From a virus, in IMG/VR virus record IMGVR_UViG_3300025896_001356, positions 13,161 through 77,160 of that record: a DNA stretch of 64,000 nt; one strand, written 5' to 3'. The notes under the pieces were generated by a model. That model saw nothing but the letters and a program-made list of their open reading frames with translations, was not told the DNA's origin and made no database searches. How positions within the stretch are numbered: the first letter of the stretch is position 1; every line of letters begins with the position of its first letter. A program made the position numbers and the translations under genes. Of this stretch, positions 29,418-38,812 are shown in pieces.

Positions 29418-29930
29418 ATGAAACCTAAAATTATTAAAGCCCACATGCAAGTTGCAGAGACGTATGCTAAACTAAGCACTGCTCGTAGACTTCAAGTTGG
29501 TTCTATTATTGTTAAAGAGGACCGTATCATCAGCATTGGTTACAATGGTATGCCATCTGGCTGGGATAACACTTGTGAGGATCGAGTATATGATCCGGGC
29601 GCAGGCGGTTGGCTTAGCCCAGAAGAGTTTGAAGAACAATATCCCTACGAAGGCTGGCACGAAGAAGCAGGCCGCACAGTGCGATATGGACTAAAAACTA
29701 AACCAGAGGTGTTGCATGCAGAGGCAAACGCAATTGCAAAGGTTGCACGTAGCCCGGAATCTGCCGAAGGCGCTGTATTATTTGTAACGCACAGCCCTTG
29801 CATTGAATGTGCAAAGCTGATATTCCAAAGTGGTATTAAGCAAGTGTTTTATCGCGATAACTATCGTAGTGACGCTGGGATTGCTTTTTTAAAGCAAGCT
29901 GGTGTAATTGTTAATCAACTTGAGAACTAA
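29418..29930 (+). CDS. dCMP deaminase
   Basis: GYNG, HAEANAI, SPCIEC. Confidence 0.93.
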   Translation: MKPKIIKAHMQVAETYAKLSTARRLQVGSIIVKEDRIISIGYNGMPSGWDNTCEDRVYDPGAGGWLSPEEFEEQYPYEGWHEEAGRTVRYGLKTKPEVLHAEANAIAKVARSPESAEGAVLFVTHSPCIECAKLIFQSGIKQVFYRDNYRSDAGIAFLKQAGVIVNQLEN

Positions 29931-29931
29931 A

Positions 29932-30144
29932 ATGGCAACAGCTAAAACAGTAACAAAACTCAGCGACAAGCTGACAAAAGTAAATGAGAACTTTTCAATC
30001 AACATGTACGACAATGGCTTCATGGTTGAGGTTGGTGGCCGCAACAAAAAGGGCGACTATGTGAACGCCAAGCTATTGTGCAGTACATTAGAAGAAGTTC
30101 AAGCACTGGTAGCAGAAGCCTGTACAATGGAACGAGACGTTTAA
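29932..30144 (+). CDS. Hypothetical protein
   Basis: YDNGFMVEVGG; operon packing. Confidence 0.65.
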   Translation: MATAKTVTKLSDKLTKVNENFSINMYDNGFMVEVGGRNKKGDYVNAKLLCSTLEEVQALVAEACTMERDV

Positions 30145-30153
30145 GGAATAATT

Positions 30154-30564
30154 ATGACCTGGTGGAATGTAGCAACCGCAGATAAAAAGAGTGTTGAAGA
30201 ACACGAGTTTTGGCAAAAAGATGACATGGTCATTCGACGTGTCAACGGATATCGATGGGGTGTTTGGGCTGTTGAAACAGACGGAGACGAGCCACCAGAA
30301 TTTGAGCGAGTTGCAATGCCAACTGGCAGCAGTGACGAAGATAGTATCGAAATGAACAGCATCGAATACGAAGGCGAACTAGAATCGCTCGACGATGGTT
30401 GGTACAATGAAATTATTTGGCCCGACGATATGGAAGAAGCAGAACGTGACAGATTGCAAGCACTGGTAGATGACGATGCGTATGCTTGGGAAGCTGATGG
30501 CTGGTCAAACTATGAAACTGAAGTTTGGTTCTGGGGACCACTTGAAATTACAAAGGACGAATGA
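30154..30564 (+). CDS. Acidic hypothetical protein
   Basis: AAGGA RBS. Confidence 0.65.
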   Translation: MTWWNVATADKKSVEEHEFWQKDDMVIRRVNGYRWGVWAVETDGDEPPEFERVAMPTGSSDEDSIEMNSIEYEGELESLDDGWYNEIIWPDDMEEAERDRLQALVDDDAYAWEADGWSNYETEVWFWGPLEITKDE

Positions 30565-30764
30565 TGTTAAAAGATAGACGACTTTTGATGGAGCAAGAAA
30601 TTGCTAAACTAACTGCAACATGTGGTTATACCTATCTTGCTGCTATGCGAGTGCCAATGACTGACAATGAAAAAGTAGTATACACTGCCGCAGTTGAGAA
30701 GTTGAGTACAATGACAACTGAATTGGCAATTATCGTTGAGATGATTAATAAAGGACACGAGTAA
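30561..30764 (+). CDS. Hypothetical protein
   Basis: Overlapping start/stop. Confidence 0.55.
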   Translation: MMLKDRRLLMEQEIAKLTATCGYTYLAAMRVPMTDNEKVVYTAAVEKLSTMTTELAIIVEMINKGHE

Positions 30765-31606
30765 TGGCACAACACTCAAACTACTGGAGTTGCAGTTCCT
30801 TTGCAGATTGGCTTCGCGGCACTAAAAAACTCGGTGCAGGCACAAGCGAAGAATGGGATGAGTGGACTACTGCTGCCCAAATGAAACATAACTTCCGCTA
30901 CTGGATGGCTGAAGAAGCACTTGGACATATCCAAGACTTTGTCACCTGGCCAATTAGAAAGATTTACGATGTCAAGTACTATATTAATAACCGTTGGGTT
31001 ACTGGCACTCATAGTCTCACTGCTCACCCTCGCGACATTAAACCCGGCCAATGGCAGGATGTTGGTAACAGGTTTCTTCCATGCCTCTTCAACGAACTCG
31101 TTGACTTTGTCGAAGTAGAAACAGCATGGAGTCATATTGCTTGGGGCGACAAAGAAGCTCGCGCCAAATACAATCCTCCGTTCTATGCAAGTGGTTGGTG
31201 GCGCTGGAGAACTTGGCGTAGTCCGCAAGCAGGCTTAGATCACCTTGACTGGGCAATGACCTTGACCAATGAAGAATGGTTAGAAGAAGGTAAAAAAGGT
31301 GAAGCTGTACCAACAAGCCAGGCCACTTCGGCAAAAGAAATTAAAGAGCTTTACACTTGGTGGACTGTTACCTATCGTGCTCGTCCAGACCCGCATGATG
31401 CCAGTGGTTGGAGTGCTCACTGCGATGCGATGCGTGTCAAGTATCCGGGTAGCTTTTTCTCTAGCCTAAACAGCAAGGATCCAGTAGATCGTAAGGCTAG
31501 CGACAAGGCTCATAAGCTTCTGCAAAAGATTGAAGCTGCATACGAAAAAGAAGATGAGGCTATGATGATACGCCTTATTAAGATTAGAGAAAGTCTATGG
31601 ACTTAA
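30764..31606 (+). CDS. Trp-rich hypothetical phage protein
   Basis: Long ORF ending RLIKIRESLWT. Confidence 0.7.
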   Translation: MAQHSNYWSCSSFADWLRGTKKLGAGTSEEWDEWTTAAQMKHNFRYWMAEEALGHIQDFVTWPIRKIYDVKYYINNRWVTGTHSLTAHPRDIKPGQWQDVGNRFLPCLFNELVDFVEVETAWSHIAWGDKEARAKYNPPFYASGWWRWRTWRSPQAGLDHLDWAMTLTNEEWLEEGKKGEAVPTSQATSAKEIKELYTWWTVTYRARPDPHDASGWSAHCDAMRVKYPGSFFSSLNSKDPVDRKASDKAHKLLQKIEAAYEKEDEAMMIRLIKIRESLWT

Positions 31607-31773
31607 CTTCTACTGTATGTTGCCAAGTACCAAAAAAGTACTCGGAAGAGTACGATTGTTACTATTGTGAATCTTGTAACATTTGGGCAGAAGATAAATG
31701 CAATGATCCTACGTGCGAGTTTTGCACTACAAGGCCAATGACACCAATGGAGACTAATAATGACAATGCCTGA
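31597..31773 (+). CDS. Cys-rich 58-aa zinc-finger-like protein (not in ORF track)
   Basis: CC...CYYCESC...C.DPTCEFC. Confidence 0.55.
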   Translation: MDLTSTVCCQVPKKYSEEYDCYYCESCNIWAEDKCNDPTCEFCTTRPMTPMETNNDNA

Positions 31774-31981
31774 TGAACGCTATCGAGCAATGGTAGAAGG
31801 ACTAAAGCTAATTGAAGACTTGCTTATACCGCAAGTGACTCCAAGAGTGCCCGGGGAAATTCGAGAACGTGCTCGCTGGATAATGCGGCACTATCCAAGT
31901 GCATACGAGCTCGAACGTCTTGCAGCAAATGTTCCATCTATGCTGTCGACAAAGAATTTTAACGGAGAGAAGATCAAATGA
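31760..31981 (+). CDS. Hypothetical phage protein
   Basis: MTMPDERYRA...RHYP. Confidence 0.7.
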   Translation: MTMPDERYRAMVEGLKLIEDLLIPQVTPRVPGEIRERARWIMRHYPSAYELERLAANVPSMLSTKNFNGEKIK

Positions 31982-32151
31982 CATCTTGGACTATAACACT
32001 TGAGGATGCAGAAGATGGTAGTGGCGATCTTGTACTGCCACTACCGCAGGATCTATTAGATAATGCCGGATGGAAAGAAGGCGACACTCTTGAATGGATT
32101 GATAACAACAACGGCACATGGTCGATGAAGAAAGTAGAAGCTCCAGCCTGA
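31978..32151 (+). CDS. AbrB/MazE/SpoVT-like small DNA-binding protein (not in ORF track)
   Basis: GDLVLPLPQDLLDNAGWKEGDTLEW. Confidence 0.7.
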   Translation: MTSWTITLEDAEDGSGDLVLPLPQDLLDNAGWKEGDTLEWIDNNNGTWSMKKVEAPA

Positions 32152-32152
32152 A

Positions 32153-32758
32153 CTAACTGCTTGCTAATTTAGCAGCTTTATTTTTGGCTCTTGTTAGCTT
32201 ATATTTTTCAATAGTTTCCGGCGATCGTTTATGTGAATCATTGGCCTTCATTGTTGCCAGTCGTTTAGCAATTGATTCTGGACTATTTGGATTCGTAGTT
32301 CCATTTGCCTCTTTAGTGACACGGCATTTGGCAAGTGATTCTGACGTAATAGTATTCAAAGTACCATATTTTGCCAGTTTAGTTTCAACGCCTTTGGCAA
32401 CTGATTCCGGGCTAGTGAGATTCAAAGTACCATATTTTGCCAGTTTAGTTACTAAACCTTTTGCAATTGATTCTGAAGTTTGTTTTACGCCCTCACCAGA
32501 TTCTGCAATTAAGTTTGCCCAGTCGTCGCTGTCAACCACATTCCATAACTCACTATAATATAGACCAAGTTCTTTGACTTCTTCATTTGAAGTGCATTCT
32601 TTGAGGATTGTAGTGGTATAATCGTACCCGTGTACTTTTAGATGACTGGTCCATCTGGTTCCAGAATCTGGATATTTGTGTGGATCTTTTCTTATTGTTT
32701 TGCCAAGATATTTTAGGCCAGTGACATTATGTGTCTTGACGTATAGATAAATAATCAT
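32153..32758 (-). mobile_element. Free-standing GIY-YIG-like homing endonuclease with repeated C-terminal modules
   Basis: IYLYVK.H..TGLKYLGKT; ~22-aa repeats ES(I/V/L)AK...KYGTLN; antisense to its neighbours. Confidence 0.75.
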
Positions 32759-32835
32759 GCTGATGTTCCTCCAGAACGTTAGAGCCGGTAGATATGTCGA
32801 GTATCGTGATCGGCACTTTTATTTATCATCTTAGG

Positions 32836-32864
32836 TTGACAGTGCGGCTGGCTTGCAGTATAAT
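32836..32864 (+). promoter_or_regulatory. sigma70 consensus promoter
   Basis: TTGACA-17-TATAAT. Confidence 0.85.
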
Positions 32865-32883
32865 ATCAACATAGGAGAAAATA

Positions 32884-33468
32884 ATGGCAAATGAAATGAA
32901 CTACAACAAGCCTGGCAATCATATTATGGTTGACTTAGAAACACTTGGCACTAAACCAAATAGTTTAATGCTTACTATTGGCGCTATTCGTTTTAACCCT
33001 TGGGCAGAGGATACTAACAATCCAATGGAGAAGATGGATACGTTTTATCGACGTGTTAGTTTTGAAAGTTTTGAAGGATTAGATCATGTCATTGATGACG
33101 ACACCCTTGCTTGGTGGGGAAAGCAATCTGAAGAAGTTAGAGAGGAAGCATTTAATGAAGAAGGCCGTGTTGATATACGTGATGTTTTGCGCGATTTCCA
33201 TCGCTGGTGCGGTGGTGTTGACGCTATCTGGGCAAATGGTACCGGGTTCGACTTAAACATCCTTGAACACTTTAGTCGTGAACTGAAGCGCGGGGTTGCA
33301 TGGAAGTATTGGCAGGCTCGTGATGCCCGCACATTATATGCACTTGTTCCTGGTCTTGAACGACCACAAGGTGCTGCTCACCATGCACTATGGGATTGCT
33401 GGAGCCAACTGGTTGGTGTGCAACGTTCCTTCAAAGCTCTTGGTATCAATGAGTTAACTTCTCGTTAA
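32884..33468 (+). CDS. DEDDh 3'-5' exonuclease (exonuclease VIII/RNase AS-like)
   Basis: MVDLETLG, WANG..FD, RDART, HHALWD. Confidence 0.88.
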   Translation: MANEMNYNKPGNHIMVDLETLGTKPNSLMLTIGAIRFNPWAEDTNNPMEKMDTFYRRVSFESFEGLDHVIDDDTLAWWGKQSEEVREEAFNEEGRVDIRDVLRDFHRWCGGVDAIWANGTGFDLNILEHFSRELKRGVAWKYWQARDARTLYALVPGLERPQGAAHHALWDCWSQLVGVQRSFKALGINELTSR

Positions 33469-33486
33469 TACTGTACTAAGTAATAC

Positions 33487-33550
33487 ACCGGTCTTCGGAC
33501 ATCATCCCGGTATACAAACTCTGCTGCCTATGCTATAATCAACATAGGAG
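33487..33550 (+). ncRNA. Candidate preQ1-I-like riboswitch / structured queD leader
   Basis: ACCGG/CCGGT stem, 15-nt loop ending CAUC, A-rich tail AUACAAACUCUG, then a CCUAUG/CAUAGG hairpin over the SD. Confidence 0.5.
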
Positions 33551-33556
33551 AAAACA

Positions 33557-34066
33557 ATGGCAACAACACTAACCCCAGTCGCATACAAATATACTTCAAC
33601 TAAAGAGTATCATGATGCATTTCCGTGCGCTTATCGTCAATGGCGATCCGACTCACACTGCAATCTAATTCACGGCTATTCATTTAGCATGAAGTTCTAC
33701 TTTGGAACTAACGAGCTAGATGCACGTAATTGGGCTGCTGACTACGGCGGACTTAAAGAACTAAAGAAGACCTTAGAGAGTCAATTCGACCATACACTTA
33801 TTGTAGCACAGGATGATCCGGATATGGAAACATTCAAGTTGCTGCAAGAGCGGAACATGGCTAAGATCGTAGTGCTACCTAAACTAGGATGCGAAGGCCT
33901 AAGCGACATGCTTTACAAGTATGTCAATGGCGTTTACATCCCAGAGATGTGGGGTGAGGGCGAATCAAAGCGTCTTTGGTGTTACAAAGTAGAAGTACGT
34001 GAAACACAAAGTAATATGGCGTTCCGTGAAGGACACCGTGAGTGGAATGAGGACCTGTTCGCTTAA
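33557..34066 (+). CDS. queD: 6-carboxy-5,6,7,8-tetrahydropterin synthase (QueD/PTPS family)
   Basis: HCNLIHGY, DYGGLK, FDHT, GCE, VRET. Confidence 0.85.
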   Translation: MATTLTPVAYKYTSTKEYHDAFPCAYRQWRSDSHCNLIHGYSFSMKFYFGTNELDARNWAADYGGLKELKKTLESQFDHTLIVAQDDPDMETFKLLQERNMAKIVVLPKLGCEGLSDMLYKYVNGVYIPEMWGEGESKRLWCYKVEVRETQSNMAFREGHREWNEDLFA

Positions 34067-34317
34067 TGCGATTACTTCAACTTAAAGAACTTCAGCAAAG
34101 CTATAGCTTAACTCAAGCTGTCAGGCCTGCTGAGGTTTGGGGATTACCAATCCAACCCGAAGCTGAAGGAATCTCGCTGACTATTATCGAGTCCATAGCC
34201 GACGTAGCAGAAGGATGGACTGGCTGGGGTTTTGGACAACAGAATACCTGGTTGCTATTTGAAAAACAAGAAGATGCTATTATAGCAAACGTTACGCTTG
34301 GAGAGTCGTATGTCTAA
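34066..34317 (+). CDS. Hypothetical protein
   Basis: TAATG overlap. Confidence 0.55.
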   Translation: MRLLQLKELQQSYSLTQAVRPAEVWGLPIQPEAEGISLTIIESIADVAEGWTGWGFGQQNTWLLFEKQEDAIIANVTLGESYV

Positions 34318-34519
34318 CATTAAATCATTTCTAGGCAAGCAAATTGATCAAGACGCTGCAATCATTGATAAAGAAATTGTAGTGCAATCAAAGCACAATC
34401 TGGATACATTGAGTGCTATGACGAAGAAAGAGGTCATAGCTTATGCTCATAAGTATGCTATACTAATTAACTCCCGCAAGAAAAAGGAAGAGTTAATAGA
34501 TACCATTCTAAGGAACTAA
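34298..34519 (+). CDS. Small protein with Rho-N/HeH-like C-terminus
   Basis: [13 protein letters not shown]...[11 protein letters not shown]. Confidence 0.55.
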   Translation: MESRMSNIKSFLGKQIDQDAAIIDKEIVVQSKHNLDTLSAMTKKEVIAYAHKYAILINSRKKKEELIDTILRN

Positions 34520-34520
34520 T

Positions 34521-34859
34521 ATGGATAATCAAGTAAACATTACAGATGCAGCATACGCCAAGGTTAAGGAGATTATCTCCGAAGATGCCAAATTGGAAGG
34601 TGTAGCATTGCGTATTTTTGTGCAAGGTGGCGGATGTTCGGGCATGGAATATGGCTTTACATTTGATGCAGATGTGAACGACGACGACTTTAATTTTGAG
34701 CAAAATGGTATCAAGGTCTCAATTGATTCGATGAGCATGACATATCTAACAAATGCAGTCATTGACTACAAAGAAGATTTAAACGGTTCAAGATTTTCAA
34801 TTGAAAATCCAAATGCACAAACTACATGCGGTTGCGGTAGTTCTTTTAGTCCGAGCTAA
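34521..34859 (+). CDS. erpA: Fe-S cluster insertion protein ErpA/IscA
   Basis: [26 protein letters not shown]. Confidence 0.92.
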   Translation: MDNQVNITDAAYAKVKEIISEDAKLEGVALRIFVQGGGCSGMEYGFTFDADVNDDDFNFEQNGIKVSIDSMSMTYLTNAVIDYKEDLNGSRFSIENPNAQTTCGCGSSFSPS

Positions 34860-34861
34860 TT

Positions 34862-35086
34862 ATGGAAATTGATTACCTCTCAATGACGTTTGACCAACTT
34901 ATGGAGCGGCAACGTATGATCACTAAAAAATACAACGCTGCATATTCTGGCGGTGCAAGTCAAGAAGTTAAAAATCAAATTTTAAATCATATGGATGCTA
35001 TTCGGCAAGCCATGTATGAAATTGGCTACAAGCAAAGTTTTGCAGCAAGTGATAGTGATGATCCATTCAAAGACAGCATTATCTAA
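34862..35086 (+). CDS. Hypothetical protein
   Basis: Operon packing. Confidence 0.55.
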   Translation: MEIDYLSMTFDQLMERQRMITKKYNAAYSGGASQEVKNQILNHMDAIRQAMYEIGYKQSFAASDSDDPFKDSII

Positions 35087-35087
35087 C

Positions 35088-35564
35088 ATGCCAACTACAA
35101 CATTAGTGGAGAATGATTTGGTAGAATTATTGTACCAAGGTAAAATGGGATTGCTTACAGCGGATCGTAGTCTACTAACAACTTATGATGCTGGTTGTTC
35201 TGCATTGGGGCAGAATAAAGTGTTTAGTGTTGTCGAGCTACCAGAATCAGTTGAAGAAGCAGTTAAGCAATGGAATATTCCTGCACATATCGAAGAACTT
35301 GATTTAGACGTTTACTTTGCAACCAAGGTAGAAACGTTGGAAGAAGCCTTGCGAGTAGTAGAAGAATTGAGATTGTATAGAGAAAAGAAAATGATACCAA
35401 TGCTTAGATTTATGATCTATTTGGTAGAGGTAATGAAGGGCAATGATATTGTCTGGGGAGTTGGTAGAGGTAGTTCAGTTAGTTCCTTTCTATTGTATTT
35501 GGCAGGACTACATAGTATCAACTCGGTTAAGTATAATTTAGATATCAAGGAGTTTATTAGATGA
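35088..35564 (+). CDS. DNA polymerase III alpha (DnaE)-like fragment
   Basis: IVWGVGRGSSVSSFLLYLAGLHSINSVKYNL matches the DnaE GRGS region; only ~158 aa. Confidence 0.8.
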   Translation: MPTTTLVENDLVELLYQGKMGLLTADRSLLTTYDAGCSALGQNKVFSVVELPESVEEAVKQWNIPAHIEELDLDVYFATKVETLEEALRVVEELRLYREKKMIPMLRFMIYLVEVMKGNDIVWGVGRGSSVSSFLLYLAGLHSINSVKYNLDIKEFIR

Positions 35565-35950
35565 GCAATTCACGGTACAAAACGCACACTGGACGAGAGT
35601 TCAACATGAGTGCGTTCGCTGAAAAAAATGGTGATACAAGGGCCGTTGGTAATGTATCAATGAACGCCCGCGGAGATATTGTAGATGCAAAGGGCAATGT
35701 AAAAATTCCCACACAAACAATATCACGTGCATTAGCAGATATTAAAAATAATGAGAGCAAAACTGTTAGCCTAAAAGCTGATGAAAGCATTACTCCAGTT
35801 CAGAATAATCCAGTACGTGCTGACAATATTCCTACTATAGTAGCTTCGCGCGAAGTTAATACCATTGATGGCCCTGCGACAGAAGTTGAATATTCCGATG
35901 GCAGCATGCAGGTTATTCCAAAAGTACAATCAACCCCAACGAGCCTATAA
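35561..35950 (+). CDS. Hypothetical phage protein
   Basis: AVGNVSMNARGD motif. Confidence 0.65.
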   Translation: MSNSRYKTHTGREFNMSAFAEKNGDTRAVGNVSMNARGDIVDAKGNVKIPTQTISRALADIKNNESKTVSLKADESITPVQNNPVRADNIPTIVASREVNTIDGPATEVEYSDGSMQVIPKVQSTPTSL

Positions 35951-36324
35951 TGCAAACAATTAGACCTTTACAAAATCGCGTCCTTGCTGAACTAATGGGG
36001 CTTGATGACCGTGTTACTGCCAGCGGCATTATTATCAAATCCGAAGATGGCAAGGATCGCGGAGTACGACCGCGCTGGGCCAAAGTACGCTTAGTAGGCG
36101 AAGGCATTGATTGGGTACAGCCCGGACAGTATGTATTAGTATCACATGGTCGATGGAGCAGACAATTTGAAACTGAGCATCTGGGTGAGAAACTCAAGCT
36201 AGTCTACCTTGACAACAAAGAAGTATTGGCTGTATCGGATTCTGATCCAATGGACGACTTTGTAGGTGTTGGTATTGATACTGCCCCAACCATTCACCGC
36301 GCAGAAGATTTCGGCGCAAATTAA
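35950..36324 (+). CDS. GroES-like co-chaperonin
   Basis: IRPLQNRVL, TASGIII, VRLVGEG, VQPGQYV. Confidence 0.85.
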   Translation: MQTIRPLQNRVLAELMGLDDRVTASGIIIKSEDGKDRGVRPRWAKVRLVGEGIDWVQPGQYVLVSHGRWSRQFETEHLGEKLKLVYLDNKEVLAVSDSDPMDDFVGVGIDTAPTIHRAEDFGAN

Positions 36325-36362
36325 ACTTGACACATGTTGCGGGTATATGCTATACTTGCAAC

Positions 36363-36539
36363 ATGAAAACAGATAAATGTAGTACCTGCAATAAAGCATA
36401 TTCAGTAAGCTGCGACTACAATCAGGGCCGCTGCCCGATGCATCCTCCATATTTTCCTGACTTCCCAGAGTACCATCTACGGTATCTCAATCTGGGCCAA
36501 TCTATTAAAAATCTTTGGAACAAGTTATGGAAGAAATGA
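36363..36539 (+). CDS. Small Cys-rich hypothetical protein, leaderless
   Basis: TTGACA-18-TATACT 6 nt upstream; CSTC..CDYNQGRCP. Confidence 0.55.
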   Translation: MKTDKCSTCNKAYSVSCDYNQGRCPMHPPYFPDFPEYHLRYLNLGQSIKNLWNKLWKK

Positions 36540-36766
36540 GAGTTGCAAAACTTTGCTGAAGATGTTATAATAGCTAAACTAAAAGGAAACTGAAACATGA
36601 CAATTGAAATCCAACCCAAAGACACTAGTAGAAATCATTTCTATGTAAGTTTAGCTAAGAGCTTGATTCGTATTATTGCAGGTGGTGCGCTGCTTGCTGG
36701 TCACATTGCAGAAGCAGGTGGCCTGCTTATTTTAGCAGAAGTGCTTGGCATTGCAGAGGAAATTGT

Positions 36767-36958
36767 ATGAATAGTGTTACACTAAATCGAAAGCAGATTG
36801 CGCAGTTGATCGAGATTGCCACTAAGTTTACAGAAACAGAAAATTTTACCATTGAATCAGAAAGTCTAAGTGGCATTGGGCCAAATATAGCAATCAGATT
36901 TGATTTGTTTGAAACATCTGATACAAAAATTGATATTACAGATGTGAGTACTTGGTAA
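36767..36958 (+). CDS. Hypothetical protein
   Basis: SGIG and DITDVSTW motifs. Confidence 0.6.
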   Translation: MNSVTLNRKQIAQLIEIATKFTETENFTIESESLSGIGPNIAIRFDLFETSDTKIDITDVSTW

Positions 36959-37275
36959 TGTTTAATTGGTTTAAACGTGAGCCAGTAGAACAGACTACTG
37001 CAACTGATGACATGATGCTTGGCGACTATCCAGGACATGTACCGCCAAGACCCATTCCAACACCGTCTAAGCCGCTCATGCCGCCCGTGACCCAAGAAGC
37101 AGTATATACCATTGGGGTTAACTCCGAAGGTGCAACCCAATTTCGAATAAAAATGGATTATGGTTCGGCTACACTAACAATGACTACTGCAGGTGTCATT
37201 GATTTAATTGAAGATTTAGCACATTCGATTCGCAAGGATTATAATGTAGTAATTGTTCCAGAGGATGAAGCATGA
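36952..37275 (+). CDS. Hypothetical protein
   Basis: Operon packing. Confidence 0.55.
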   Translation: MVMFNWFKREPVEQTTATDDMMLGDYPGHVPPRPIPTPSKPLMPPVTQEAVYTIGVNSEGATQFRIKMDYGSATLTMTTAGVIDLIEDLAHSIRKDYNVVIVPEDEA

Positions 37276-37475
37276 ATGCAACAGACGTAATTGGCCGTAT
37301 TATGCAACTAACAGAATTTACGGTTACAACCAAGTGTATTGGTACATTGCAATTCAACGGAGTTGTGCCGTTTGATTTGACAATCAAAGACAATGTAGTA
37401 ACTGCAAAGGTATTGGCAGTTACATTTGATGAAGCAGTTGCAACACTGCATAACTTCCTGTATCCAAATGGCTAG
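37272..37475 (+). CDS. Hypothetical protein
   Basis: ATGA overlap. Confidence 0.55.
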   Translation: MNATDVIGRIMQLTEFTVTTKCIGTLQFNGVVPFDLTIKDNVVTAKVLAVTFDEAVATLHNFLYPNG

Positions 37476-37725
37476 TCTAGCTGAGTACTTTGCCGCCAAC
37501 CGTTATAACGGCAAGTGGCAAATTGGTGACAGAGTGTTTGGTTATTACAACAAGATTCCCTTTGTTGGCTCTGTAGGCAATGACACATTGATCAATGAAC
37601 TAATTGGTCCACAAGTATCTATACATTTGGATTTACCAATCAAGTTGACAGATAAGCTGCAAAATGTTATAATACTAACAGGTAAAGATATTAAAACGTT
37701 GAAAAAACTAATCGAGTACAAATAA
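37468..37725 (+). CDS. Hypothetical protein
   Basis: IGDRVFG...IPFVGSVG. Confidence 0.6.
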   Translation: MASLAEYFAANRYNGKWQIGDRVFGYYNKIPFVGSVGNDTLINELIGPQVSIHLDLPIKLTDKLQNVIILTGKDIKTLKKLIEYK

Positions 37726-37888
37726 TTATGGAAAATAAAAACCTAACAGATGCACTGATTCAGCTGCATGGCATTGCACGTTTAATCGAAGGCGAGATTG
37801 GAACTGGAGCACTCAGCGAAGATATTCGTAAGTGTGCAGATAGACTTAGTGCATTGCTAAAACCGTATGTACAAGAAAAGGAAGCAGC

Positions 37889-38812
37889 ATGAAAGAGCTA
37901 TGGGTTGAAAAGTATCGACCAAAAACTACAAGCGACTATGTATGGATTGACAATGATCAAAAGCACATGGTTGCAACTTGGATTAAAGACAAGTATATTC
38001 CGCATTTGTTGTTGGCAGGTAAAGCAGGCGCTGGTAAGACTACACTGGCCAAAGTGCTTGTAAATGAACTTGGAGTTGATCCAAGCGAGTTTATGCATAT
38101 CAACGCAAGTAGAGATAATGGAGTTGATTTCTTGCGTACTAAAATTAATAATTTCTGTAGCACTATGTCCAATGGACCGTTTAAGGTTGTGCTATTAGAT
38201 GAAGCTGACTACATTACCCCTCCAGCACAAGGTATTTTGCGCGGTATGTTAGAGCAGTATCACGAAGGTGTACGATTTGTATTAACTTGTAACTATCCAC
38301 AAAAGATTATTCCAGCATTACACAGTCGTTTACAAACTATCAGTTTCAAGACACTTGATCAAGAGCAATTTGCTGCCCGGTTAGCTTGGATTTTGTACAC
38401 TGAAAATGTTGACTTTGATAAAGACACGTTAGACACGTATGTCAAGGCATGCTATCCAGATCTGCGTAAAGCAATCAATACTGCACAAATGCGCAGTACC
38501 TCAGGTAAATTAGAAGCACCAAAGGAAGAAGAAGGCGAAAGCGATTACAAATTGGCAATGGTTGATTTGTTTAGGCAAGGCCGTATTCGCGAAGCTCGCA
38601 ATCTAATTATTAAGCAAATTAATTTAGACGAATACGAAGACATGTATCGCTTCATGTATCGCAATCTTGATTTATGGGGCAATGACGTAGATAAGCAAGA
38701 TAGTGCGTTGTTGCTGATTCGTAAGGGACTGGTTAATCATAGTATGGCTGCTGATGCAGAGATTAACTTGTCAGCTACATTTGTTGAACTGGAGCGTTTA
38801 TATCGTGGATAA
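37889..38812 (+). CDS. Clamp loader AAA+ subunit (RFC small subunit / T4 gp44-like)
   Basis: WVEKYRP, GKAGAGKTT, INAS, LDEAD, TCNY, SR, DLRKAIN. Confidence 0.93.
   Translation: MKELWVEKYRPKTTSDYVWIDNDQKHMVATWIKDKYIPHLLLAGKAGAGKTTLAKVLVNELGVDPSEFMHINASRDNGVDFLRTKINNFCSTMSNGPFKVVLLDEADYITPPAQGILRGMLEQYHEGVRFVLTCNYPQKIIPALHSRLQTISFKTLDQEQFAARLAWILYTENVDFDKDTLDTYVKACYPDLRKAINTAQMRSTSGKLEAPKEEEGESDYKLAMVDLFRQGRIREARNLIIKQINLDEYEDMYRFMYRNLDLWGNDVDKQDSALLLIRKGLVNHSMAADAEINLSATFVELERLYRG

Noticed and set aside
32153-32758. Group I intron around the endonuclease
   Set aside because: The flanking genes are intact and separate, and I saw no intron core, so it is treated as free-standing.
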